DNA of 58,033 nt, counting the filler, from Asterionella formosa (Eukaryota): NCBI GenBank assembly GCA_002256025.1. It is 7 parts of 7 records of this genome, joined end to end, with 100 filler letters (N's around TTAATTAATTAA, not from the genome) between each part and the next. Parts side by side here need not be neighbours in the genome. Positions count along the whole stretch, not along the records: positions 33,225 to 41,429 come from NKIB01012303.1; positions 41,530 to 49,733 come from NKIB01012304.1; 5 more parts are not named here. One strand, written 5' to 3'. Below are positions 38,549 through 49,833 of this stretch, piece after piece. Under the pieces are notes generated by a model, which saw nothing but the letters and a program-made list of their open reading frames with translations, had not been told where the DNA came from and searched no databases. The position numbers and the translations under genes were made by a program. How positions within the stretch are numbered: position 1 is the first letter of the stretch; the number at the start of each line of letters is the position of its first letter.

Positions 38549-41200
38549 CTACAGCATGTTTGCGATACCAAGTATTGACTGCCAAATCAACTGATTTAAT
38601 CCACTGACGTTTTTGGGAAAGGCGTGACGGCGTAAGCGGACTTCTGCTGGAAGAAGGACAATAGATTTGTCTTCTTCTCGCACTTTCGCTTGATCTTGTT
38701 CATATCTTCTTGTATGAATCTTATCATCAACATCTTTAGTCATCTTTACAATTTGTTCCTCCTCTGTCTTTCCATAGAGTTCTACGTTGCGATGTATCCA
38801 GCTGTCCATTCCAACCTGCCATAATCCGCAGATAATTCGTGCGCTCCAATTACCCACATACTACCAATACTACCGGTAGGACGAGTATTGTATGATGATG
38901 TTGAGGCATGTCGATAACTTCTCAGAATCGGATACATTCTTATTCATCTGATTTTGTGTCGATTTGGACATCCAGTGCATATTATCGATGATAATACAAA
39001 AATTGTTTATAATATTCGATATTCTTTTAGTAAAGAAAAATAGTCATTTAAAATTTAGCTAGGTAAATATTCTATCATTGATAGAAATTATTCTTGATTT
39101 GCTACATATTTAGTCAAAAAATAATAATCACGAGTTCCCCAGAATAACCTGTTGTGCATTTAGAAACACTTTTGTGCAAGGATGGTATTTCTCACATGTA
39201 ATCGCCAGCCATAAGAATGGAGATGCACCTGATCCCTGCAGGGTCCCTAAAGCCTACTCTTGAAGGTTGGAGTATGAATCTTCGGGTATGCCCAAAGTGG
39301 TTAAAACCTTTTATTTTATGTTTTTCAACGTTTGCAACAGTGCCAGAACCGAATTTTCACTTGGCTCCCAATCTTCTCAGTGCTATCGCACTCACCGATT
39401 GAATTATCCTGTCAAAGCAGCTTTCCCATTGTTGCTAAAAAAATTTATAGCATTCTTCTTGCAGATTCTGATCCCGTTGTATGTCAATCTTTTCATGAGT
39501 ATAGCACTGGTAGATGATCGGTTGGGATGAGAACCCCATTGTAGCGGTGATATTGTATTGCGATCCTCTGCACGATGTATTAAACATCGACCAAAGACAA
39601 TTCATAAAACCATATTTAAATCCGCTTCCAATAACTGAATAACCCTGAGTTTATTCAAGCGCGGTGTACCAGCAACTTTCTCTAACATCACTTGTAAAGC
39701 ATTTTTCCATTGGGCCAGAGTACTAAACCCAAATTCAAATGGTAACGTCATCAAAGTGGAGTAGACAAAGCAAATCGAATCAGATGTCAATCCTGCCCGG
39801 TAATGCCCTAGTAACTGTTGTCCACTTGGAGAAGATAATGTCTTCTCTGAAACCTTATGAAATCCAGATTTATAATCTTCATTGAATATCATAGATGAGA
39901 CCAAATCTGTTCCATCCTCGGTTTTAGGGTATGCCATTTATTGAATAGATGCTACAATTCCTGCATTTAAATCAAGGTCCATTAAGTCCGCGGTGGCCTT
40001 GAGAATTGTGTCAGAAAATGATGAAATTCAAATGGTTGTTCCCTGCTGCCGAGTTGACCTTTGACAAAGGAATTTGACAGCTGGCTTGAGCAAACAAGTG
40101 TTTTATATTTCGTTGAAGTAATTGACTAAGCATTTCGCTCAGATCTGTGATGGTTCGAAAGTCTATTATTTCACCAGTTTCGTCATGTATCGGTTTCTCA
40201 ATTCTGTTCAGAGTGGTACTGCGAATTTCCCCTTTCGCATACCTCCTTAATTTAGGTCAAAGCTTGGTCATATATTCCGCCACGTAATTTTTCCAAATTT
40301 GATTTCTTATTTCCATGTGACTTCTTTTTCTCCATCCATCTCAGCAAGTATAGTTTACGGAGAGATCTCGATTTATCTTAACTAAGTTCAACTTCAACCA
40401 CGCATCCTCCAGTTTATTTTGTAGAAAGGAAAAATCCGAAACCGGTTTTGTCAATCCGTATGATTGATGCTTACTCAGTGTTGTGTACTGAAAAGGATCT
40501 TTTCCTGCTTTAAAATGTTTCAAGCAGTTTTCCAAGAGGTAATTTCCTTTTCTACTTATGCTAGCTCAGGAGACCACCCATAACCAAAGTTTTTCTGTGA
40601 CGTCTTCTTTTCTGCATGTAAAGCTGCGATTGTTATCTGATTGTCTATCAGATCGGCTGCTTGTTTAATCGCTTGAATTGCAATTGTTGGGGCAGACTCT
40701 TTTAACTTCATGCATCTGTTGTAAATATTTTGTTCCGTTAATTGAGTATGCACTATTTCCAAGTATTCTTTGGTTTGTCCTTTATTTTTGGTGCGCAAGC
40801 CTCTGTGTTTCCTTACAGTTGGGTCATCATCTTTGTAATTAAAATCTCCCTCTCTTTTAAGTCAATTAATTTATCCCTGTGGTCTGAAAATTCTAACATA
40901 TCGTCAAAAAATTTAAAATCTCCTTTGGAAACAGTTGCTGATATATTAGCCGTTCCAAGAATATAGTCCATTTTCTGGTTACCTATTAGGTATGTTGCAG
41001 GTGGAGATGATGTCTGATGCAAATCTTCAGTTGATTCCAAGAACAAAGAAAATTCGTCGTTAGCATAGTCAGCATTTGCATCCATCATGAGAATAATTTC
41101 ACCACTGTGCGATGATAAAAGTTGAATTTGACGGCTTAAATCCACCCAAAATTGACTTCGTGGATTGCAAGTTACATAATGGATAAGTCAAAGTTTCCTC
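38549..41200 (-). mobile_element. Degenerate, internally deleted non-LTR retrotransposon (Ambal-like LINE): APE endonuclease, RT and C-terminal segment
   Basis: APE motifs IILMMDANA...TYLIGNQKMDYILG...SDHR; RT motifs EKTLSSPSG..GHYRA, LEKVAGTPRLNKLRVIQLLEADLN and GTLQGSGASPFLW; C-terminal W...LW...WIHRN.LYG. Many stops and frameshifts. Confidence 0.88.
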
Positions 41201-41429
41201 CATTGCTGCATGTAGCTACATCTAAGACGCGAAATACGCCACTTTTCGAAATTTCGTCTACGTATGAGTGTTAATTATGTGGTACTTCACATGCATTAAT
41301 GCCACTCTTCACGTAAAAAAGATTACTTTTAACGGTTTCATGTGAAGTTTTAACTGCTTCATGTGAAGTTTTCACAATGAATTTTGAACGCGAGACTGAA
41401 TTAGTTGATGTTTCAAATAATTTATTTGA

Positions 41430-41529
41430 NNNNNNNNNNNNNNNNNNNNNNNNNNNNNNNNNNNNNNNNNNNNTTAATTAATTAANNNNNNNNNNNNNNN
41501 NNNNNNNNNNNNNNNNNNNNNNNNNNNNN
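41430..41529. other. Artificial scaffold spacer
   Basis: N44-TTAATTAATTAA-N44. Confidence 0.97.
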
Positions 41530-42281
41530 GACCTGCTGTCAAAGAATGTAACTCAGAAGGTGCATGAATCGCATGCATATGATATTTGCAATGGGACAAT
41601 GGATTGTTGGAACTGGAACAGGGAGGATGTCAAGATTTAGTACTGCGTGCATATTAGTTCAGTTGAACTAGGTAATCAATCTTGAATAATATTCCAGCCA
41701 AAATCCCGTATTGAAATGCTGTGAGAATTTGAACAGCATTGATTGCCAAGAACTATATCAGCAAACCAAGGTAAATATTCGAATGGAGAATGTTCTAAGT
41801 AATCAATATTTCAATGAAGGAAAGGTATATATGCAATGCAGATAGCATTGAATATTCACGATGGTTCTACAAGTGAGTGGAGTTGAGTTGTCAGTTGAGA
41901 ATTGAATGTCTAACAACACAATGAATATCTATATACAAATTTGGGAAGAGAACCTTAATAATTGGTCATGTGAACGATTACAAGATAGATCAAATAAGCT
42001 CACAATAAGGTGGGATTAGAACAGAAGGTTTTAATACACTGAGCTTGTCTAGAAAGAGCTAGCATTGCAGTCAGACTGCAGAAGAATTTAACACCAGGTA
42101 GGGGTACGTTGTAATATTTCCTGCTAATTGACACAGCTTTATGTCGTAGTCATGTGATCATTTTCGAATTCTATTGCCTAGGACTTCGTCGTGAATTTTT
42201 GGACGACAATAGCTCAACGTTGGCTGGGTCTGAAGGGGATTTAGATACATAGGTAAGCTTCAAATAGCATCAGTATATAAC

Positions 42282-42412
42282 ATCTGGCAAGAAACTGCAG
42301 AAAGGAACTTCCATTTTTTTACTAAGCCAAATAAAGTGATTTCCCCCGAAATTTCCAGTCTTTATAGCATAGCAAAAAAACCGAAGTTCCTTTCTGCAGT
42401 TTCTCGCCAGAT
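42282..42412. repeat. Inverted repeat / hairpin (30-bp core with 1 mismatch, arms extendable to about 43 bp)
   Basis: ATCTGGCAAGAAACTGCAGAAAGGAACTTC versus GAAGTTCCTTTCTGCAGTTTCTCGCCAGAT. Confidence 0.9.
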
Positions 42413-43085
42413 CCTATGATATCCTGACAATATATAGCGTTTCCCTATACCACTACCGGTACTTTGGTCAATGACTGTACCGGTATCTGAGGATATGGAA
42501 AGGGTTATTTTGGTGAAAGCTCCGTTTAGCGATATACAGATATGTTTTACTCGCAAGAAGTGTTTGTTTGAGTACTCTGACTCAGTATTATATTTTTAAC
42601 CCTACCTCTAAACTAGGGTTGAAATGCAGGAACCTTAAAGGTATTACCAGGTATGTACCACACCACGATGCTAATTAAACATAATATATATTTCGGGTAT
42701 ATATCATATATATATAGAAATAAGTAATAATAAATATTATGTTTGACGCCGTTCTGCCGATTTCGACATCAAGTATATGGAATACGAACGGATTCTGGAT
42801 TCCGCCCTGTCGTACACTCGTGTGTAGAATTCATTGTATGTTGCCTATTCATATCTGACCACGTAAATGTCGAAGTTGTGTCCAGTAAAACTGAAATGCA
42901 ACTCATCATTAGCAAACAGAATACCGGTAGGCAAGAAGCGAAAAGCGAGAAGCAAGAAAATATAATGTAAATTGTCATGAGAGCGCATCTCTCGCTCATT
43001 GATTTCTTGCCATACAAAGTGCATTAAATAGAGAGTACGACTGTCAGTCTATTTAAAGTAGCCACAACCGCAAAGCTGTTGCAGC

Positions 43086-43538
43086 ATGATGAGTTCCAAG
43101 GAAACCATCTTACTCTCCATTGTTATATCTTTCCTCATGAGAATCGCGAGTGTTGCAAGCTTTTCAGGAGCTCGTCGGCGACACTTCGCACTTGGTGCGA
43201 ACAACAAACCGACCAAGCTTACATGGACGAAACTGGAGACTAGGATTCCCATAGACGACGAGGATATGCTACAAGAAATGGAGAGAATCGAAGCAATGGG
43301 TGGCGATCCATTCTTTTTAACGCAAGAGACATGGATAGAAGACCCATTCGTCCAAGACGAGATGGAGCATGTCGCTCCATCCATGGACTTCATGGCAGCA
43401 AGTGCTGAAAGTGTAACTGTTCGATTTGCAACGGATGGAAAAGGTCCCGCACCTAAGTCTTCCGCGCCTAAACCAGATACTTGGCAAGGCTGGGATGGGA
43501 CAATTGATGAAGACGCCCACCTTGGACTTGATGACTAA
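43086..43538 (+). CDS. Small acidic hypothetical protein with signal peptide and probable plastid transit peptide
   Basis: Hydrophobic N-terminus, VAS-FS cleavage-like motif and R-rich transit region; motifs MGGDPFFL and WDGTIDEDAH. Confidence 0.7.
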   Translation: MMSSKETILLSIVISFLMRIASVASFSGARRRHFALGANNKPTKLTWTKLETRIPIDDEDMLQEMERIEAMGGDPFFLTQETWIEDPFVQDEMEHVAPSMDFMAASAESVTVRFATDGKGPAPKSSAPKPDTWQGWDGTIDEDAHLGLDD

Positions 43539-43984
43539 GCTACACTTCTATCATTGATGACCGCCTCTCAAACATATTCTAGAAATAGAATCATAGAACT
43601 CAGGGCTGATTTACCCCATCTATCTATTTGTAAATGCAGAATTTTGGCACCCCATTTAGTGACCTTTGTCACACAGCACCAATACTAGTGGACTACAGGT
43701 ATCCCTGCCTCATGGCTCTGCCTTGTTGTTGTCGACAAAATAGCTAAATTGAATACCATTCAGTGCTCAAACATCACATTGAGGATAAATCCGCACGACT
43801 GAGTAACCATAAGTAGGAAGGCGATTTTCTCATATATAGAGTCAAGTGGAGTACCTGGTACTGGTAGCAATGAATGTGATAGCAGGAGTACTGGAATGTT
43901 CACCGGTATGCCTGTTAACATGGATACCTGGTCAGTACCAGGTACCACTGCATATGTATTCATAATTTAAAAAAAGACTACGCT

Positions 43985-44310
43985 ATAGTCTCAGACAACA
44001 CTCCATGGGCCAATGCCCCAACAGGTAGGGCAGACCAGGTACTGGTCAAGACTGGAGCTGCACACAGGTTTTTAGTGAGTGAAAGTCTCACACTACCTCG
44101 CCCAGGTGTAGGGGCGGGGTGCCTCACTGGACACCATGACATAAATGGATGACAGGGTGCTTAAAAAACATTCCTGAATAAGTGTAATGGTGAGAGGAGT
44201 TCGAATCCTCCCATGATCCCCCCCCCCAAGCACCCCACAAAGATGGGGCAGGCAGGCAAAGTGGCTGGATAGGTTTCTCCTGGCAGCACCTTAGAACAGC
44301 CAAAAAAGAC
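43985..44310 (+). other. GC-rich structured element with a truncated tRNA-like A/B-box module (SINE-like or ncRNA)
   Basis: Several hairpins, including GACCAG/CTGGTC, GTGAG/CTCAC and ACCTCGCCC/GGGCGGGGT; A-box TGTAATGG at 44183 and B-box AGTTCGAATCC at 44198. Confidence 0.4.
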
Positions 44311-44389
44311 TTGTACAATACTATATACACCTTTTATAATAAATTAAATAAAAGCCCCATGAAGGCAGGGCAAAAGAATATCAAGAATA

Positions 44390-44731
44390 TAGTATCAATG
44401 GCTATTATGAGTAACGAGAATTGTGGACTCGATCATAGTCCGATGAATCAAATGGATGGAGCATTCCCCCCTTGTCAAGAAACTAGCTAATGAGATTGAT
44501 GTTTCAGATCAATCAAAAGAAGGTTTCTGTTTGAATCAACGAAAAGGGAACATGAAGAACAGGTTCTCACAGTGTGATGAATGGGATTGAAACTATGCTT
44601 TTAAAGTGAGAATTGACAGAGGAAGGTCAATAGCGAAAACTAGCGAGAAAGCTTGCAACGATCGGTGTAAGTACTAGCACTAGAACAGGTAAGTTCTACG
44701 TAACGAGATAACCGTCAGACGGGAAGGAGTA
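44390..44731 (+). repeat. About 350-bp direct repeat, copy A
   Basis: Closely similar to 48317-48679, e.g. GTCAAGAAACTAGCTAATGAGATTGATGTTTCAGATCAATCAAAAGAAGG and the GTCAGACGGGAAGGAGTAC end. Confidence 0.93.
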
Positions 44732-44912
44732 CGAAACGAGAACGAAGCTTTTAACAAAAAAGAATAACAAAAATTCCTTCCTGCCGGTGATAGGGCGCTC
44801 CATCGGCGTTCTTTATTCATTCCCTCCTACTCCAATTGCCAATGTGCAAAGAAGCACACAACTCATAGTACCAAGTACCAGGTACTCCACCAGGTAGCAT
44901 CACATCGTCAAC

Positions 44913-46472
44913 ATGACCTCCATTGGATACCTGGTCGCGAAAGCCGTGCTGGGGGTCGCCATGATCCTGGTAGCGCGAGAATCTACGCCGAATCTTGGCA
45001 TTGCTCTGCAGCAAGACACCCCTGTCGCGTTTGAGGAATCTGCGTTTGAAACAGAACTGTATCATCATTTGTTAGAGCCCTACCGGTCATTCAAGTGCAT
45101 GCCTCGTCGAATTCATCTCAGCCAAGCCTCTAATGTTGATTCCACCAATCACTTGAACTGGACCGTCTCCTTCACCTTGGACTATCAAAACTGCAAACAT
45201 GTTAAGCCCTTTGTTCTCTACGGACGTCAACTGGACCGTGCTGAGCGAGCCACGGCCGAGAAGCAAGTATTCAACTTTTCGAGTTCACGAACAGGCACAT
45301 ACTATCAATCGGATTTCATTTACCATGTTGAACTTCCCAATCTCGAGGCGGGGCGGACGCAATATTGGTATAGAGTAGAGGTCGAAGAAGCTGGCCCATC
45401 CACTAACGTTAGGACAGCTAGATATCTTCGAGAGACCATTGATCCAGTGGTTGTGGTTGCTTCTACGCCAACGCTTACTTTTCAGACTCCTCCTTCCTGT
45501 GGAACTCCGACTACCCTGGCGTTTCTCGGTGACCTTGGTCAAACTGGTAATTCCACCAAGACCATGAACTATATCCTTCGTGCCACGAATCCATTTTTTC
45601 ACTTGTATCCCGTTTCCATGATCATGATTGTCGGTGATATGAGCTATGCTGATGGCGATCCACACAGATGGACCAGCTGGTTGGATTTGATGGAGCCACT
45701 CTTTCGTTCCACACCCGTGGAAGTTGCGGCGGGGAATCATGAAGTTGAATGTGACAATATAACTCTTGACATTTTCATTCCCTATGAAAACTTTTTTCAC
45801 AATGCCAATCAACTGGGCAAGGCAGAAACAAAACCCATCGATCGAAACTACCTTGCTACTCTTTGGAACAAGGACTGCGCAACCCCGTCTCAATTTGAAG
45901 GGCACTACAACTTTGGAAATGCATTTTATGCTTTTCAGCATGGACTGGTGCAAATGATTGTTTTGAGTTCCTACAGTGAAACCAACGTCGGTAGCCCACA
46001 GTATCAGTTTCTGGAACGTGAACTTGCATCTGTGGATCGAAGGTTGACCCCGTGGTTGATTGTTACCTTTCATTGCCCATTTTATACCACCTTTGCCGGA
46101 CACGACCATGAAATTCAATCACGCAAAATGCGAGACGCCATGGAACCCCTTTTTGTTATGTATGGAGTCAATTTGGTGTTTAGTGGGCACGACCACGCCT
46201 ATCTCCGGGCTCGACCCATGGCCTACGGCAAGAGCGACGAAGACGGCCCAATTTACTTTATTGTTGGAGCTGGTGGAAACCGAGAAGGACATTCACATGC
46301 CTATTTGAATGACGAACCTGAAGAGTGGGTGGCAGTTCGAGATCGATTCGAATACGGATATGGTAATTTGTTCGTCCCCAATGCCACCCACGCACAGTTC
46401 AAGTGGGTGCGAGACGGGACCACCAATGTTGGTGCTCATGATGACGTGTGGCTAACGAACAATCATGTCTGA
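44913..46472 (+). CDS. Purple acid phosphatase (secreted metallophosphoesterase), intronless
   Basis: GDLG, GDMSY, GNHE, FH and GHDH metal-binding blocks; FN3-like N-terminal domain; signal peptide. Confidence 0.93.
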   Translation: MTSIGYLVAKAVLGVAMILVARESTPNLGIALQQDTPVAFEESAFETELYHHLLEPYRSFKCMPRRIHLSQASNVDSTNHLNWTVSFTLDYQNCKHVKPFVLYGRQLDRAERATAEKQVFNFSSSRTGTYYQSDFIYHVELPNLEAGRTQYWYRVEVEEAGPSTNVRTARYLRETIDPVVVVASTPTLTFQTPPSCGTPTTLAFLGDLGQTGNSTKTMNYILRATNPFFHLYPVSMIMIVGDMSYADGDPHRWTSWLDLMEPLFRSTPVEVAAGNHEVECDNITLDIFIPYENFFHNANQLGKAETKPIDRNYLATLWNKDCATPSQFEGHYNFGNAFYAFQHGLVQMIVLSSYSETNVGSPQYQFLERELASVDRRLTPWLIVTFHCPFYTTFAGHDHEIQSRKMRDAMEPLFVMYGVNLVFSGHDHAYLRARPMAYGKSDEDGPIYFIVGAGGNREGHSHAYLNDEPEEWVAVRDRFEYGYGNLFVPNATHAQFKWVRDGTTNVGAHDDVWLTNNHV

Positions 46473-46589
46473 CAATTAAGTATTCTAGCAATGCGCGATT
46501 TGAACGATGCCTTCAATAAATCTGATTAGACACGGAAAAGGAGTCCTGTCAACTACCGGTACATGAGGTTCTAGAACTCTTAATAATGG

Positions 46590-47996
46590 CTAAGCGTGAT
46601 AAGGCATTGTTTGTATATACTCAGTGGCTTCTTCGTTTGTACAATGATACTTTCGAGGATAATAATCATCCGAGTCGAAACGATAGTCGTCCTTTCCTCC
46701 AACGTAGGATGGTATAAACTGGGGCAATATCACAGTTTCCAACAGTGCCTTTCGCAACTGAGGATCACTCGGGAGAATGACAATCTTTTCGCGAACTTCT
46801 TTGGTAATGACTCTCTTGACAAGATTGAAAACAAACTCAGCAGGTTTGGACAAATTGGCCAGAAAGATCATACCAAGTCTATCGGGAAAATGATCTTGAA
46901 GCATGACAATGGCTCGATGAACATGCCCGAAAGATGTCAACATTGAAAAAGTCAATCCATGAGTATCCATGACGACATTAAACTTTCCGACTTTCCCATT
47001 GGATCGTATCAAATTATCAGTCACAGCACGTTCCAATGTATTTAACACAGCTCGAAAGTACAACACAGGGTTCTCAACTTTGTAATGCCCAGGACGAAAC
47101 CAAACCATGGTATGTCCAGTGTTGTCCCCTTGCGGTGTCGGTGAATATCCTCGAAAGTATACGTAACCCTTTCGATTTTCGCGAATCGTATCCGGCGACA
47201 CTAGCCACGGTCTAAATTCTTCTCGAAACTCGAGAGTATGTCCAAGAGCCATTTCGGCGTCACATCCTTTACTACAAAGATGAAAGGGAAAGTTGGTCTT
47301 GAGGTCTGCCGGCCATTTCATAATTTTTCCGTAAGCACGCAACAGACCTTCTTCTTGCCACCACTCGGTACTAGACGTGCTCCCTGATGGTCCTCCCCAT
47401 GGCACCAAGGCTGCCCGAGCCTTGAAATCAGGAATCGAGTCGTAAACTCTTTTGGATAGGTCACTGACGAAGCGTTTCTCCGATGCTGTCAAGGGCGTGT
47501 TTGTTGTGTAGGCCGTGTGATATTCCAGTAGAGGATTCTCGGCCAGAGACGAATCCTTCTTCTTGTCTTTTCGTGCCTTTATCTTGGAAATGATTCCCTT
47601 GATGAATGTTTGCTTCTTTTTGGGTATTTCATTCGAGACTTCCAGCGGTGCCTCTTGAGCCTCGCACAAGTCTTCGGTCGATCGATTGGCAAACCCCATG
47701 GAGCTAAACATGGTGGACACAGCTTTGCACATTTGCGATTCTTCTTCGGTTCCCGTGTTGCTGGGAATGGGACAGATGGGAGGCGACGGTGGGCATTGGA
47801 ACCATGCGATTCTCACACCAGCATATATCATGGTAACCGCAAATAGTAGGAACCGCAGGAAAACCGTTTTGGTCTTGAAATGGATTTCTGAAGGCCTGGA
47901 CCGTTTCATGGGAAGGCCTCCACTGGTTCTTCCTTCATGAACAACGATTTCTTCCTGATCGATCGCTGCTTCCGTCTTCTTCGTTTCCCTCGCCAT
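46590..47996 (-). CDS. CRAL-TRIO (Sec14-like) lipid-binding protein with an N-terminal membrane anchor, intronless
   Basis: TLEFREEFRP, VWFRPG, LQDHFPDRLG and IPSYVGG motifs; TM segment FLLFAVTMIYAGV. Confidence 0.88.
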   Translation of the reverse strand: MARETKKTEAAIDQEEIVVHEGRTSGGLPMKRSRPSEIHFKTKTVFLRFLLFAVTMIYAGVRIAWFQCPPSPPICPIPSNTGTEEESQMCKAVSTMFSSMGFANRSTEDLCEAQEAPLEVSNEIPKKKQTFIKGIISKIKARKDKKKDSSLAENPLLEYHTAYTTNTPLTASEKRFVSDLSKRVYDSIPDFKARAALVPWGGPSGSTSSTEWWQEEGLLRAYGKIMKWPADLKTNFPFHLCSKGCDAEMALGHTLEFREEFRPWLVSPDTIRENRKGYVYFRGYSPTPQGDNTGHTMVWFRPGHYKVENPVLYFRAVLNTLERAVTDNLIRSNGKVGKFNVVMDTHGLTFSMLTSFGHVHRAIVMLQDHFPDRLGMIFLANLSKPAEFVFNLVKRVITKEVREKIVILPSDPQLRKALLETVILPQFIPSYVGGKDDYRFDSDDYYPRKYHCTNEEATEYIQTMPYHA

Positions 47997-48316
47997 GGCT
48001 GTGATGGATGGAATGCTTCAGTTTGCTGCTTGATCTGGTTTTGACGTTCACAGGAGTCGAATTGAATGATTCTGCCGTCAACTGCTGTGCAGTAAATAAA
48101 AGTAGTGGACTAATATTTAGGCTTTCTGACACGATAATATGTGTCGTGTCCATCATTCATAGTTGCTATGCAATTTATATATGCATTGATGTGCATACAG
48201 CAACTGATGGCGCTCTTGACAGACAAGACAGCCAAGGAGAAGGACGAAGAAATTATTTCGGCGAAGGCAGATTTGAAGAACATGAATCTCTGTGAAGAAT
48301 ATACCGGTACATACGT

Positions 48317-48679
48317 AGTATCTACGGCTATTGTGAGTCACGAGAATTGTGGACTCGATTATAGTCCGATGAATCAAATGGGGAATTCCCATGTCAAGAA
48401 ACTAGCTAATGAGATTGATGTTTCAGATCAATCAAAAGAAGGTTTAGGTTTGAATCAACGAAAAGGGAACACGAAGAACAGGTTCTCAAAGTGCGATGAA
48501 TGGGATTGAAACTATGCTTTTAGAGTAAGAAGCTTATTAATTTAAGAAACAGTGAGAATTGACAGAGAAAGGTCAATCGCGAAAACTAGCAAGAAGGCTA
48601 GCAACGATAGGTATAAGTACTAGTTCTACAACAGGAAAGTTCTAAGTAAGGGGATACCTGTCAGACGGGAAGGAGTACA
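48317..48679 (+). repeat. About 350-bp direct repeat, copy B; overlaps a terminal-exon-like ORF (about 48201-48509)
   Basis: Matches 44390-44731, with an insertion of about 24 nt. Preceded by an acceptor-like CATACAG at 48200. Confidence 0.93.
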
Positions 48680-48870
48680 AAGCATGTAACAAATCTCCTT
48701 GTTTGCTTCTTCATTTCTCATCATCCTCATCGATAGATTACCTTGTTGTACCAGGTACCTAAAATCCCTGTTGATTACATATGTATTGTGGGCTACGTAT
48801 ACACCGGTAGTGCGTATGTGAGTCCCAATTGAGCAATGCATTGGCTGTAATATACAAGCTGCATCGCTCA

Positions 48871-49431
48871 GCAATTCCGCTCCAGCTATTGTCTTGCCAT
48901 TCGGGTACTTTTAGGTAATTTTTGGGCTCTAAGTAATATTTATTTAGGGGCAATATGGGGCACATCGAATTTTTCGGCAAAAAATGCCGATTTTAGCATG
49001 ACAGCCAGAATAACGGTGATATACATAGAAATGGTAAGACAAGCATCAAACACATGAGAATGATTGTAATATGCAATATCAAAGAAAATTGAACAGGATG
49101 TTTGGAGGAACCAAAGTATGTTCTGCAATGTAATAGCAAAGTAGCATCAAATGAGAAATAGAAAATATCGTTTCGGGTTAGAAATAAAGTAAAAAATTGG
49201 AAGTTTCAGTGGAGATGTACTATGTGTTGTAGTACTTACACGACAGGCAACACTGACTTTCCATCACACAATCTAAGACCGTAATAATACAGAAAAGAAC
49301 AAAAAAGCTGAACCCAGCAATTGAGATCTGCATCATTCTTATGTAGTGTAGATGATCTGGTTACTGCAACCATGCACATAGCTGTGGTAGCCTGACACAA
49401 GTAGCTGGAGTGCTTCCACCCGCAGTCATAA
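48871..49431 (-). repeat. Dispersed non-autonomous DNA-transposon-like repeat, copy 2
   Basis: Reverse complement of 8888-9457; begins GCAATTCCGCTCCAGCTAT. Confidence 0.8.
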
Positions 49432-49733
49432 CTCCCACCAAACAATCCTGATCATTCCATTCTGAGCAAGCGTGATCACCAGGCTGCTCCAGCACTATCG
49501 ACTCCCTCTACTAGCTGAATATTTATACGTAGAGCTCGTAGTAGAAAGTTAGCAATGCGCGTTAGTACAGGAAAAGCATTGCTTGGCAGCAATATTGACA
49601 TCATAGTCTACAACTATACAAATCAACAAATAAAATAAACAAAAATACTTTTTTAAAGAGTAGGCATTGATACATACATCGGATTATGTGTGAATAGATA
49701 CAATAGAACCAAAAATACAGTGCGGAACGACAA

Positions 49734-49833
49734 NNNNNNNNNNNNNNNNNNNNNNNNNNNNNNNNNNNNNNNNNNNNTTAATTAATTAANNNNNNNNNNN
49801 NNNNNNNNNNNNNNNNNNNNNNNNNNNNNNNNN
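49734..49833. other. Artificial scaffold spacer
   Basis: N44-TTAATTAATTAA-N44. Confidence 0.97.

Noticed and set aside
45285..46118. 277-aa antisense ORF inside the phosphatase gene, and similar antisense ORFs in the BET, TrpEG and kinase genes
   Set aside because: Shadow ORFs of real genes on the opposite strand, with no motifs of their own.
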